A DNA stretch of 64,000 nt from Bugula neritina (Eukaryota; Animalia; Bryozoa), in contig OZ037770.1 of assembly GCA_964035545.1 (NCBI GenBank), positions 14,994,642-15,058,641 of the forward strand, given 5' to 3'. Position 1 is the stretch's first letter. Every line of letters begins with the position of its first letter. The notes beneath the pieces were generated by a model. That model saw nothing but the letters and a program-made list of their open reading frames with translations. It made no database searches and had not been told where the DNA came from. This document shows, in pieces, positions 12,700 through 36,100 of the stretch. Both the position numbers and the translations under genes were made by a program.

Positions 12700-14235
12700 A
12701 TAACTACTAGAGAACATAACTCCTTTTCTCGTTCATATATAATTTAATTTTGTTTATGTTATTAGCACTTATATTAACTATCAATCTGTAATGTTTTTTA
12801 TTTTACAATCTAATATGAAGTTATTTAGAACTAGCATTCTACTGTCCATTATGAAAAGTAACAATGTCGATGGCTTCAAAAATTAAATTATACTAATATT
12901 TTTGATATTTATTAGCCACTTTAAACTGCATATGTGCTTATTACTGCACAAAGCTATAAATACATTTAGCTTTCATACAATATATGTGCATTGATAAAAC
13001 AGATACAAAACTATTCAAAATCATTTTCTTTGTTTTATTAGCATGCAAGTATCTGCAAAACTTTGTTATAGTTTAATACTATACACTCTTTGTTGCAAGT
13101 AAGATCAACTGTAAATCACAAAATATTATATAGATAATTTTACTAAAACTATATGTTGCTTTTTATTGATCAAATTGCAGCCAAAAGTGTCATGCTGTGA
13201 ATACATGAGCCTGGAATTATTTAAAGGTTACTCCCTACATTATGTTAGCATTAAAAGCTGCATATATATGATCCTATAAGCTGCTATTTGTGATAGACTG
13301 CCTTTGTGAATGACCATAACAACATCTATTTACAATATTTTATCACCACACATATGAGGTTAGGCAACAATTCAAGGAGTTGAAAGTTTCATGTATTTTA
13401 GTTAACTTTCGGTATAACTTATAAGCAGGATGTAAAAGGAATTGTTTATCAAAATATCTTACCCGCATTATCAAAAATTGCAAGAAAAAGTTATCATACT
13501 TCAAAGATATCTATAAAGTTAGTAGCAACTAAGAAGGGTGATCAAGTGTGACAGTTTGAACAATCACGTGATCAACGAGGAAACCATTTAACGCAGCACA
13601 ACTCTTCCAGTGTTGATGGCATTGCGCTTAAAATAAAGTATATACAAACACTGCTTGAACTGACCCCAAACTCTGTGCTGCATATCCTATGTGTTATATC
13701 CTGTATTTCTATTATAAAAATGTAGATATGGTCATTACAACATTATTGTTGCTGCAAAAAAAGCGGGTCAAACCTCCAGGTCAGCCGTTATCTTTTGCAG
13801 CTACCCGAACAAGACAGAGCAGAGAAAGGTGAGAGTAATTAGACATGGAAAGTAGGCTTTTGCAATTAGTTGAACTACCTTGAAACTTTCAAACACATTT
13901 AAACTTCCATGTGAGACTTCCAAACACACACTTTTTGATAATTATGACAATAATGTTTTGCCATGATTTTAAATGCACAATAAATAGCAAAGGTGTTTGT
14001 GGGGTTATAGTGCATGTACACTAGCTTTATATAGACTAGCTGTCTATACACGTATATTTACCACCTGCTACAGTACATAGTCATACAACTGAGGTTAGTG
14101 TACTAGGTAACTCAAAGCTTTACTGGTACACAGCTGTTAGCGTTTTATGTTACCAAATTTGATAAAAAAACCTTAATGGATAGTATAGGCACATCATATT
14201 TGATACTCACACAAGTTTATAGTCGTCACTTTTTG

Positions 14236-14443
14236 AAACCCAAACTCTCCAATACCATTGCCTGATGGAACACCAGTTTGGCCCCAATTCACTGCAGAAA
14301 ATGACCAGTTTCTGGATATCAACAGTAAACAGATAAGAGTGGTGACAACTCCTAACAAAAACCGACTGGAAATGTTAGCAGACGTTCTGTGGAAAGATAA
14401 GGATGCACAACTCCAGTTAGAAAAGTTTACTAAAAGCACTTAA
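14236..14443 (+). pseudogene. Orphan terminal exon of a type-B carboxylesterase/cholinesterase-family gene
   Basis: Translates NPNSPIPLPDGTPVWPQFTAENDQFLDIN..., matching the family's (G)NPN...WPxY/F...YLxI C-terminus. AATAAA lies at ~14532. The expected acceptor AG reads TG (14234-14235), and no upstream esterase exons are recognisable. Confidence 0.6.
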
Positions 14444-14954
14444 CATGTTGATAGCATTTGTTTTTATTTGTTGGCTTCAGCTCTGCTAAATGGAAGTTTT
14501 AACCAGCCAATATTATCTTTATGTATTTGAAAATAAATTTAGTAAAATTAAATTCAATTGAGATATTATTATGTAGTTGATATATATAAAACTAAAATCT
14601 GTGATTACCAATATCTAGTAGCTAATAGGTATAAAGGCACTAAATTTTAATTATTGAAGTTTGTTAAAGAAAGGTGTCACGGATTGAGGAACTATGTACC
14701 TAAATGGTGAAACATAATATAACTATTATATCAGTATGCTTGCTTTATTTTTATCAGCCCTGAAAAACTGTTTTATCAGTTTAGATGTTTACTGACCTTG
14801 ACAATTTGTAAGTATGTTATGACTTTAAAACAAACATTAAAAGTTACATGGGGCCAGGTTTATAAAGATAAGGCAGGTTAAGATATCAAACTGACTGGTA
14901 AAAGCCAGTGCTTGGTTAGGGAAGGGCATAACTCATTAAGTCAGCAAACACACA

Positions 14955-21174
<6,220 letters not shown>

Positions 21175-21811
21175 CATCACTGGCACTTACGGCTCTAAAT
21201 TTGATTTCTTTGTAATATTCAGTGACATGTGTCTAAATTTAGCGCTTCTTAGTGGCTTCTTATGAACTCTTTTTGTAACTTCACAAACAAGAATATGTTC
21301 TTGTTAATCTTTAATCAAATATTTTATAAAATTTGTTTGTACCTTGTTTGAAATATATTATCTAAGTGACTGCTATTATAACTTGTGTAACAACTACTTC
21401 CCTTATCTGGTTAAGTTACCTTACACAATATCTTGGTGAATATGCTAAGTGCTTTGCTGATAAGCTAAGCAAACTCACATTAAGCAGATGACGACCAAAT
21501 GCAAATATTGCAAACTTTGAGCTCACGTTTTTAGGCACGGGTTTTTAGATTATGTCAAAAACTACAGGCTTCATTTCTCTATTAAAATATAAAAGATCTG
21601 AGCATTTGTGTTTGTATTTTTATCTTAAGATAACGCACCAGCTGTGTGACTCAAAAATATGTTGGTATAATAAAGAGTTCTTAAGGAAATAAAGTAAAAG
21701 TGACCAGAGACATGCGTATATTGCGCAAGTAGTGAGAATCTCACAGCTGTACAGCTTCTATCAAGCTATTCGGCCAACATAGCTACAGATAACCATTTTC
21801 ATCCACCAGTC

Positions 21812-26581
<4,770 letters not shown>

Positions 26582-26792
26582 CGGTTGACATAAGATATTT
26601 ACTGGATTGAAACTTTCGGTAATAAACCAAATGTACCACCACAAAATTCAATATCAACATAATAATTGCAAGAAAGTATTGCATCAAAGTTGATAAAAAT
26701 ATTTTATTAGTTAAAAGCAGAAACCAGAAATGCAAGAGTCAGGGTAAACGTGAATATTCATCATAGGTTTGGTTGATCAGGCATAACCAAGG

Positions 26793-27493
26793 TTAGTTTA
26801 AGTTATCACAAGCAAAACTGTTGCATTTGCCCATGTAGCAGCAGCCATGTTCTCCTTCATCAGTAGTGCAGGCACTGAAAGATGTGAACATCAGGTTGAT
26901 TGTACCAATAGAAGCAGCAAATTACAAAGCCAACATAATTTATTTTTGATTTAAAGTGAGACAATCCTAATAACACCGCCAGCAGTGCCTAGTTATGGTT
27001 AATCAACAGCTACTAGAGATTTAGGTCATGTCAAAGCAAACAATGCAGTTATGCAATCAGCATTAGAGTTGTCTTACCGTCTTGGAGTGATATCCGTTAC
27101 TCCAGTACAGTCCGTCACAACATCTTGTTCCTGTCCGTCTTGTGATGTGACGGTCCAAATCATAATGGCCAAAACCAAAAACTTCATAAAACACTTCATC
27201 TGGATAACAAATTCTAAGCTGAGATTTATACAACAAGAAACATATTGCTATAATATACTCTGCTCTGTATTATAACGCGTGTATTTCTATTTTTGGCTAT
27301 TTTTTAAACACATCTAATCCCTTTAAGCCCGGTCTCTACAGGAGTAGAGGTAATGATATTGTATACATTAGTGAAAAGAAAGCTTGCGGCAATTCTCACA
27401 ACTTTAGTCAATAGAAAACCCGCAAGTTTTATAACAGTTTACATCCCAACATTCAAAGAGAAAGCAAGATTGTGAAATACAATCCCTTACCAT
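26793..27493 (-). CDS. Small secreted cysteine-rich peptide (6 Cys, C-C-CC-C-C, knottin-like pattern), 3 exons, not in ORF track
   Basis: Exon 1 ends ATG|GTAAGG (27493-27491). Exon 2 is 27199-27078 (TTATCCAG| ... CG|GTAAGA). Exon 3 is 26874-26793 (TTTCAG| ... TAA). Spliced product: (M)MKCFMKFLVLAIMIWTVTS-QDGQEQDVVTDCTGVTDITPRRACTTDEGEHGCCYMGKCNSFACDNLN*. TATA box upstream; AATAAA at 26708-26703. Confidence 0.85.
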
Positions 27494-27535
27494 TTGTTAA
27501 GAATACAGTAGCAGGTAAACAGTGAATCCAGATTG

Positions 27536-27567
27536 ACTACAAGGTTAGTGGCGATAGTATATTTATA
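27536..27567 (-). promoter_or_regulatory. TATA box and initiator-like site of the cysteine-rich peptide gene
   Basis: Minus-strand TATAAATATA at 27567-27558, with TAGT ~29 nt downstream (A at 27538), ~47 nt before the exon 1 donor. Confidence 0.6.
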
Positions 27568-28084
27568 CTTCTTTCATAGACTAACAGCAGCTGCATTTGA
27601 TGTGTTACGTGGCAGTACCACAGCTTACAGATATGTGCGTTAATACTCCAATAAGGAGCCACTTACACAACTAAATGACACTTTAAGTTACGGGAGAGAA
27701 AATAACTTACAGCTTGAAATACAATGCTGCTAAAAATTAGTTATACATGTGAAAATTTATAAAATGTTGATATTGCTGATTTGCTCTAGCAGTAATTTCC
27801 TGAAGCGGTATTCTAAACATAAACTTACTGTTCACTGAGCAGAGCAATGTAAAACTTCTAAACAGACTTTAACACATACCATGATGTTAGTTTGAGAGGT
27901 AAAACCTGCACTTCCAAGACTAAAAATATCCAATGAATGAAACCTAGTGGTAAATTGAAAAGTAAACTATTAGTTTCAGGAGGTGTATTAGCATAGTATA
28001 TTGAGATATATTTACAGATAAGTGCATATTAATAAACACAAAGTTTCAATATGAAATAGAAACAATAATGCAAATGTCAGGGAA

Positions 28085-30726
28085 TCATTTAGGCTTAGTT
28101 TCAGCAGTAGATAAGTTTCTGATAAAGATTTGGTCGGGGTTGCGTTGGCCAACCGTCTCTTCTTCGTCTACCACTGAAGATGCTATGGCTAGGGTAGAGC
28201 CTGCAATAACAAACACTTGGACTAGCCTGATTTCATAAACTCTAAACATTGTCCGTGATAAAAGGTGATGCAAGAAATCACTGTGACACTGAAGTCACAG
28301 TGTAGAAAGTGACACTATTATTTCACAAGCAGCTCCAAGTTGGGGTGACTGAGTGCAGTAGTTGGGGTTCTCAAGTTCGAAATCAGGATTTAGGTGGGAA
28401 CTTTAAACGCCCAACTTTATACTCGTGAACTCCAAATTACCGCACCTAGTCACCCTCAACCCGAGCTGCTTATAGATAATTTCATCACGAATCAAACAGA
28501 ACACAAAGAGATATTTGTGGAGTACAACAGATACAATATTAAAAGTGATTAGAATCATCTGTTGGTGTTAACAGGAGTGATTTATGCATTGTGAAAGCAA
28601 ATAGCTTAATAAATTTAGAGACGAGTGAGTCATCAAAGGTTGGAGTAGAGAGAGAGGATAACTTCAAATAATGTCTGATTCTAACCTTAAACCTACTTTT
28701 ACTAACAAAGAGTTGTATACCAATAGTAGCAGTGTCACTTAGATTAAGCAGAGTATGGAGGTGGGGGCGTGGTACACCCACCCTGTATCTACTTACCATC
28801 AGCAGAGAAACTGAGGCTAGTCACTGAGGAAGGTAGCCTGTGGAACTGACACAGTCTCTTCTTATTGAACGGGTCCCATATATTGACGTACCCATCAGAT
28901 CCACCTACACATAGAAGTAAGTCTACACTTGCCAACCCTGAGAACAACATCATTTCAATTAAATATTAATCAGCTAATCGGGAGTTGCCCTACCTGTGGC
29001 AAATGTGTTGTATTCCTGGTGGAATGCTATAGCGTTGACCGGGTAAATTTTTTCCAGTTTATCGTCTTTTAATCGGTGACATTTGAAGGCGTATTTCTTT
29101 TTCTGAACTTCTGGGGAGGGGTCGAGATATTCCACGGCAACTCGTCCTTCTATGGAGCTGAGGACGTACGCCTGCAGCAGAATAGAGAGGTCATTGTATA
29201 GTATAGAGAGGTCATTGTATAGTATAGATATAACATTGTATAGTATAGAGACATTATTGTATAGTATAGATATAACATCGTATAGTATAGAGAGGTTTTA
29301 TTACCTCTTTGTTGGGGAAGGCACGAATGCACCTCGTCTGGTACTTCAGGTTAGACTCCCTCCTCTGCTGCACATAGCCCATATTCCTCAAATCCCAAAC
29401 CAGAACCTTGCGTTTGGCGGTACCGACTATCAGTTTATCCCCCGACACGGCCATAGCGTAGACCTTGTCCGGCTGGGAGAAGGAGCCCGTGCCACAGGGG
29501 GTTCTCGGGTCCCACAACTTCACCGTAGAATCCCAGCTACCTGCCAACAAGCAGACACAAGGAGTCATCTTCCCTCATCACAGAAATAGTTGCTAGTTTA
29601 CAAGATCTAAGATAGTGTACTGCAACACTCTGCTAGTATCATGCTAATATAATAATAGTTTACATTCAACTAATTTCAAACATTTGAAACTCATAAAAAC
29701 AGATTTTTTTAAATTTTGTGAAAAGAGAAGGAAACAGCATGTTTCAGACAATAGAAAACAGGAAATAGAGACCTGTGATGACGACGTTGACTTCGGGGCA
29801 GTAGTCTACGCATCTGATTCCGGCCTCGTGTGACCCCACCACAAACTCCTTGGCGGCATTGAAGTCGTACATCTTGAGAGTGTTGTCGAGACCTGTAAGC
29901 AGCAGCTCCACCATATGAGAGATACTAAGGCCATGGTAACCATGGTAACAAACAATGGTAGACACAATGCATAGTTACTAACAAGTGTTTTGTTGCTGTG
30001 CAAATGTGAATGTTTATGTGCCTCTCGCCTACATATATGTCACATAATTTCAGTAAATAGTAAAGAGTTAGTAATAGTTAGTAATTAATAATAATAGTTA
30101 GTAGCTAGTAATAGTTAACAGTTAGCAATAGTTAGTATTCATATTTAGCTTAGAGACAAATAAAAAGTAAATACATTATAACAGTGACTATCTCACTGCT
30201 CTTCTAGCTATCAATGTTACTATTTGACAGAACTTGGCCAATTAGAAGCATAAAACGAATATGTCAACCAAGTTGTTAAAATAAAATTACTAGCATAAAA
30301 CTAGTTCAATATAATATGTAATATAATATACTAATATAGAGCAAATAGTGGGTAATACAACATATCATTTTGAAAATTAGTGACATACAGCATATCACTG
30401 AACAATATATTAAACAAGAAATGAACTATAATAATAATATGTCAAATTCAAATACAAAATGGAATACAACTAGTAGATGATGATATAGCCTGACCTCCAC
30501 TATAGCTGTGGACCGCGTCGTGAAAGCAGCAGTCAAGAACAGGGGCAGCATGATTGTACTGCATGCGCAGAGTGTTAGAGTTGACATCGTACAGCCTGAC
30601 TCCCGTATCCCAGGAGCTGACTAGAAGGAGGTGAGAGGAATTGGGCTGAAACTTCACTGCAGATATGCAATCAGTAGGAGGGCTCTTCAACGTGTACTCA
30701 TTACTAGAATCGGAACTGTCCCCCAT
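28085..30726 (-). CDS. BUB3: Mitotic checkpoint protein BUB3 (WD40), 6 coding exons
   Basis: Exons 30726-30495, 29892-29773, 29540-29305, 29171-28994, 28904-28797, 28200-28085. Diagnostic peptides [72 protein letters not shown] and C-terminal ETKPK. Probable 5'UTR intron at 31283-30742. Confidence 0.96.
29181..29295. repeat. 21-bp tandem repeat filling BUB3 intron 3
   Basis: About 5 copies of GTATAGTATAGAGAGGTCATT-like units make up most of the 133-nt intron. Confidence 0.85.
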
Positions 30727-30769
30727 TTCATGAATTCTGGGCTACAAACATGAGTTTTATATACCATAT

Positions 30770-31050
30770 AATAGTAATACAGCATGAGTATTACTAATAT
30801 TAATAGTAATACTAATAATAATACTAATACTAATAGTATTACTATTACTATTACTATTAGTAATACTATTACTATTGTATTAGACTTAGTATTACTATTA
30901 CTATTAGTATTAGACTTAGTATAACTGTATAACTTAAACTATTAGTATTAGTATTACTATTACTATAAGTATAAGTATAACATTAACTATAACTATAAGT
31001 ATAAGTATTAGTATTTTAATTTACTTTTACTTTTAGTATTAGTAATACTT
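30770..31050. repeat. Low-complexity (ACTATT/AGTATT)n tract in BUB3 5'UTR intron
   Basis: Hexamer-periodic AT-rich sequence. Similar tracts occur at ~30055-30135, ~32890-32990 and ~62650-62830. Confidence 0.7.
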
Positions 31051-33101
31051 ATTGCGTCAGACTTTGAGCAAGAGTTATAGCAATATAATAATCGTAACTA
31101 AATTACTAAAACTATAAATTAAATATCAATAACTGTGTATAAAATTAAATGGTCATTGAATAACAAATTCATATTGATGAATCGTATATATTCATATTGA
31201 TATGTACACTCTTCCAATAAGAATATTAGCGCGCATTTAGTTTAGGTTTTGATCGCAATTACTATTTAGATCGGGGTACTTACGATACGATCTCAGCAAT
31301 TTAATCGTATCTTATCAAAATCAGTCAATACAGCGTTTTGATTCTTAAACATTTCTTTTGGATGATAAATTATTAAGCTGGAGATGGTGATGTTTAGCTG
31401 CGCTTTTTCAAAATCTGGTTTGAAACACAAATGAGGGCAACGCTAAAAGAGCTACCGTTTCTGTTGTAAGGAACAAATACTCAGACAACTTAGGCTATAA
31501 GGCTTCTCGATAGTTACTTTCAGTTGTGTAACAAGAATCATTTACTTTTAGACCTATCTCAATCAGCCAATGGTTATATTTATAATCACCACAACCCTAT
31601 TGAATCGATAGAAGATTAAATATAAATAGTACCAAATAATAGTAAACGTCCGATCCATTTTTATTTGGTAGTTGCAATTATACTCGTAATCATACTGTTG
31701 CTTATACAAATTAATATTGCTTAAATTTAAATTAGTTAAAATACTCAAATTGGTAACTTTAGTTTAACTTTAACTTAAGGCAATGGTGATGGTGCGGTAA
31801 CCGTAATGATTGATAATGATACTGTAATCTTTGTATCTGTTTACTAAAGCCATGTTTATATTATGATTATCCCATGACTTATACCTTCTAGACTCTAGTA
31901 GCCTTATATTATGGAATGTTATAGCGATACAATTAATATTATGCTGTCAAAGTAATTATGTTGTGGTTTTCACCGCGCTATGTAATTGTTTGAGATACTT
32001 TTTGTTTATCAAGAGAGTCAGTTAGCTTTGACATTTGATAGAATAAAGGTACGGACAGTAAGAAAGTTGGTAGTAATTTATTGCAATATTTATCTATACA
32101 GCATAACAACAGATACTCATTTTGACAAGAAGAAAAGTAACTCTAACAGCAAAGATAACAGTAGCTATAAATTTTCCTCTAGGACTTAAGAGTTAAGAGT
32201 AAGACTAAGAAAAAGCAGAGTGATAATTAAAGATTCAAATGAGTAAATGTAATAACTAATCTGATAATGACTAATCTCAGATTACTGGGTTGGTCATGCT
32301 CATTACTCGTTTGAGTCTTTTATTTTAAATTCAATAGTTGTATTATATTAAGTTATTAGTATCGATAATACTAATACTTATAACAATACTTATACTCTCA
32401 CCGTTACTGTTAGTGTTTCTTTAAGCGTAACATTAGCTGATTGGCATAAAGCGGTTAACTTCAAGTGTAACTCACTGATTCCAAGTTTAGTTTTACTTGT
32501 AGTTTAACTTTGATTTTGTGTCTTGTTACTATTAGTATCACTAAAGTATGTCTATGATTATTAAAATTAATTTTAAAATGATTAATAAAATTGAAAATTA
32601 TTATTAAACCTAAAAATAGTAAACTAAATGTTTAGCTTAATGCTTGATAGTAATTGTAGTACTAATAATTTTAGTGTTAGTGTTACTGTTGATAATAGAC
32701 ATAGTAACTCATATACTCTTGGTATGTCTCTATAAGATACTATTACTACTATTTATATTATTATCATTATGAATAAATTTAATATAAACTCAATGCTTAT
32801 AAGTATTGTTGTTATAGTAAATGTTAGGTACTATTTGTAGTGCTGTTGCTTGTTAAGGCAGTTAAGTTGCTAGTATAACTGTATGAGTATTAGTAAATTA
32901 CTATTGTAATTGTTATTAGCATTAGCATTATTATTACTATTATTAGTATTATTATTACTATTAGTAGTATCACTATTACTATTATCAATTAAATTAAATT
33001 AAATAAGTCAGGATTGAGTATTATTTTTTATTTCTAACAAATCGTTGCAGCATGATGTTTCTATGAGGGAATAATAGTATACATTTCTCTCGGTAACAAA
33101 A

Positions 33102-36100
33102 ATGGCCGACATCGTTGTTATAAATAAACTGAGTAAGAGGAAAAGAAGATGCACTCTTGCTGCCATCGGGATACTCTCGTTATTTGGTGGCGTGGAGTAT
33201 GGTGAGCCTTTTACATTGTATATATATACTACATACGCCGTATAATATACAAATATATATATACTACATACGCTGTATAATATATAAATATATATATACT
33301 ACATACGCTGTATAATATACAAATATATATATACTACATACGCTGTATAATATATAAATATATATATACTACATACGCTGTATAATATACAAATATATAT
33401 ATACTACATACGCTGTATAATATATAAATATATATATACTACATACGCTGTATAATATATAAATATATATATACCGCAATCCATGTACAGCAGATTTATA
33501 TATAGACATATGCATATATAGTGTAGGATGTATAGTGTATATATGTTATGTATATATACATATATATAGACATATATTGTATGTATGCATCGTGCGTATG
33601 TGCGTAGTGCGTATATAGTATGTATATTTAGCTTGTATAACACCTGATACTGATAAGTTGACACTCAAGCTAAGTATATCAGAGGTATGGGGTGGTACGC
33701 ACACAGCCCCTGTCCAGTCGTATCAGTAGACTTGCAGCTGATTAGATAAGCTCCATTGAATATTTTTCTGTCTGATAAACTGACACGTCTGAACTTCATG
33801 AAAATCATCAATCGTCTTCTTTTGTTATCTCTTTACCATCTTTAAGATAACCTTTCTAACGCATCACGTGTAATGCTTCAACACATGCGGCCTTCTGCAA
33901 CTGTTTTAAAATGGGCTTCACTGAAACATTTTTCAAGTCTAAAAATGTATCTAAAAAACTGGCTTTGGTTTAAGTTCTTTTTTAATTGTATTAATATTTT
34001 GAATGTTGTTTACGTATAGAAGCCACCAAATTGATGACCAGTGTAGCAATGCCAAGTTTCTGTAGTGACAGTTTTAGTGATTTACATGTCTATCAGATAT
34101 ATTTATAATATATAGTTTGATTATCAAAGTAATTTCTCCATAGGTTTCATACATTAATTTGTGATTGCTACTTTTACGCCTTCGATGATACTAACATAAG
34201 TGTCTATGTTATCTTGATGACACATGCATTAGTGTCAGTGAAATTTAAATACTACACACAGCTGAGTAAATACACGTGCAGCCAAAAATAAAGAAGCAAA
34301 ATCGTAACCCTTCAACACCACAGCTAGCAGATGTTGCCTACGCAAGTGTTATGTTGCCACAAGCCACAAATTTGTACCTCAAGTTAACAAGACAGCTTTT
34401 AGTATTTTTTTCACTAAATTTCCAAGTAAAATATTCTAAAAGTTTGCTTGTGCCACCAAAAGTTATTCACTTTTCATGTCATATTCTATAACTTAATATA
34501 TTTTATTTTATTTTATGTTATTATGTTGTGGGTGCCTGTTTTACACTGAAGGGTAATATCTAATATAAGTTACTTCAAACATTAAATTGAATGATGGCTG
34601 TATGTCTAGTACAGAATATACATATGTAACTTTTCATAGACATGGTAGATATACGTGTAGTACATGAAATATTGTAGCCCTAATTCTACATGGAATATTG
34701 TAGCCTTAATTCTACATGGAATATTGTAGCCTTAATTCTACATGGAATATTGTAGCCTTAATTCTACATGGAATATTGTAGCCTTAATTCTACATGGAAT
34801 ATTGTAGCCTTGATTCTACATGGAATATTGTAGCCTTAATTCTACATGGAATATTTTAGCCTTGATTCTACCTACACTATACCTCCGTCTCGCCACGTAT
34901 AACGCACCTGGGTTCTACCTTGGTCTAGTCATATCTGCCTACAGTTTCTCCGGACTCTTTGTTTCTCCAATCATGGGAAGGTAAATCTTAATTTATCTTA
35001 AAACAGAATTCTTTCAAGGGCTGATAACTTGTGTGTGAATGTAAATTTCTTTTGAAATTGCATTTAACGTAACTTAGTTACTATAGCTAGTAACTAATAC
35101 ATTAAGTTAGTTACTAGTTATACTTTCACTTAGTTACTATAAGCTAGTAACTAATACTTTAACTTAGTTACTAGTTATACTTTCACTTAGTTACTATAAG
35201 CTAGTGACTTATACTTTAAGTTAGTTACTAGTTATACTTTCACTTAGTTACTATAACAAGCAACTTATACTCTAACTTAGTAAACGCAATGACTGTAATT
35301 CAATAGTGTCGCCCACATGAAATATGGTTCATATCTTTGAGCATGAAAATGGAGATTGAATGTTCAGATACAATCACTAATGGTGGTGCAACTCCAAATA
35401 TCATACGCTTGTAGCCAATGCTTGAAGTCATACCATTAAAAATGTTTATTCATCATTTCCAGCTTACTAATTATTGCTTCACCCATATCTTAATGTAGAC
35501 ACTGTTAGCTTTGAAATAAATTCTTGCTTCAGTCATGACTAGTTATTATCTATATGAGCTAATAAAGTTGGAAGTAGAAAGAAGTTTTATTTTTAGAACT
35601 CTTGCCGGTGGTTTTACCTGCCGATAGTTTTACCTGGTGTGTTCATTACCTGTAAGGGTTCATAATATCACATGACCATCCTAATTTATATTCTTAGATT
35701 GTTTTATGGTTATAACAGCTAATCAGATGTTTATGTTAGTTTTTGATTGATTTGTAGGATTTATGATAAAACAAGGAAGTCTAAGCTTTTGATATCCTTC
35801 ACCAACATAGTTGAATGCATTGGCAGTATTATGTATTGGATGGGATTATCTCCCCTCTTTCTAATCATAAGTCGGCTGGTTGCTGGTGGGTTTTATTTTT
35901 AATCTTTCTACACACACATACACACGCACCACAACACAACACACACATACAACACAACACACACACCACACACACACACCACACGCACCACACACATACA
36001 TACACACACAACGCACACACACATACAACACAACACACACGCACACCACAACACACAGCACACGCACATACACATACAACACAACATAACACACACACAA

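Noticed and set aside
27051-27275. 74-aa plus-strand ORF with CSCPSC
   Set aside because: It is antisense to exon 2 of the secreted peptide gene, which has the signal peptide, splice sites, TATA and polyA support.
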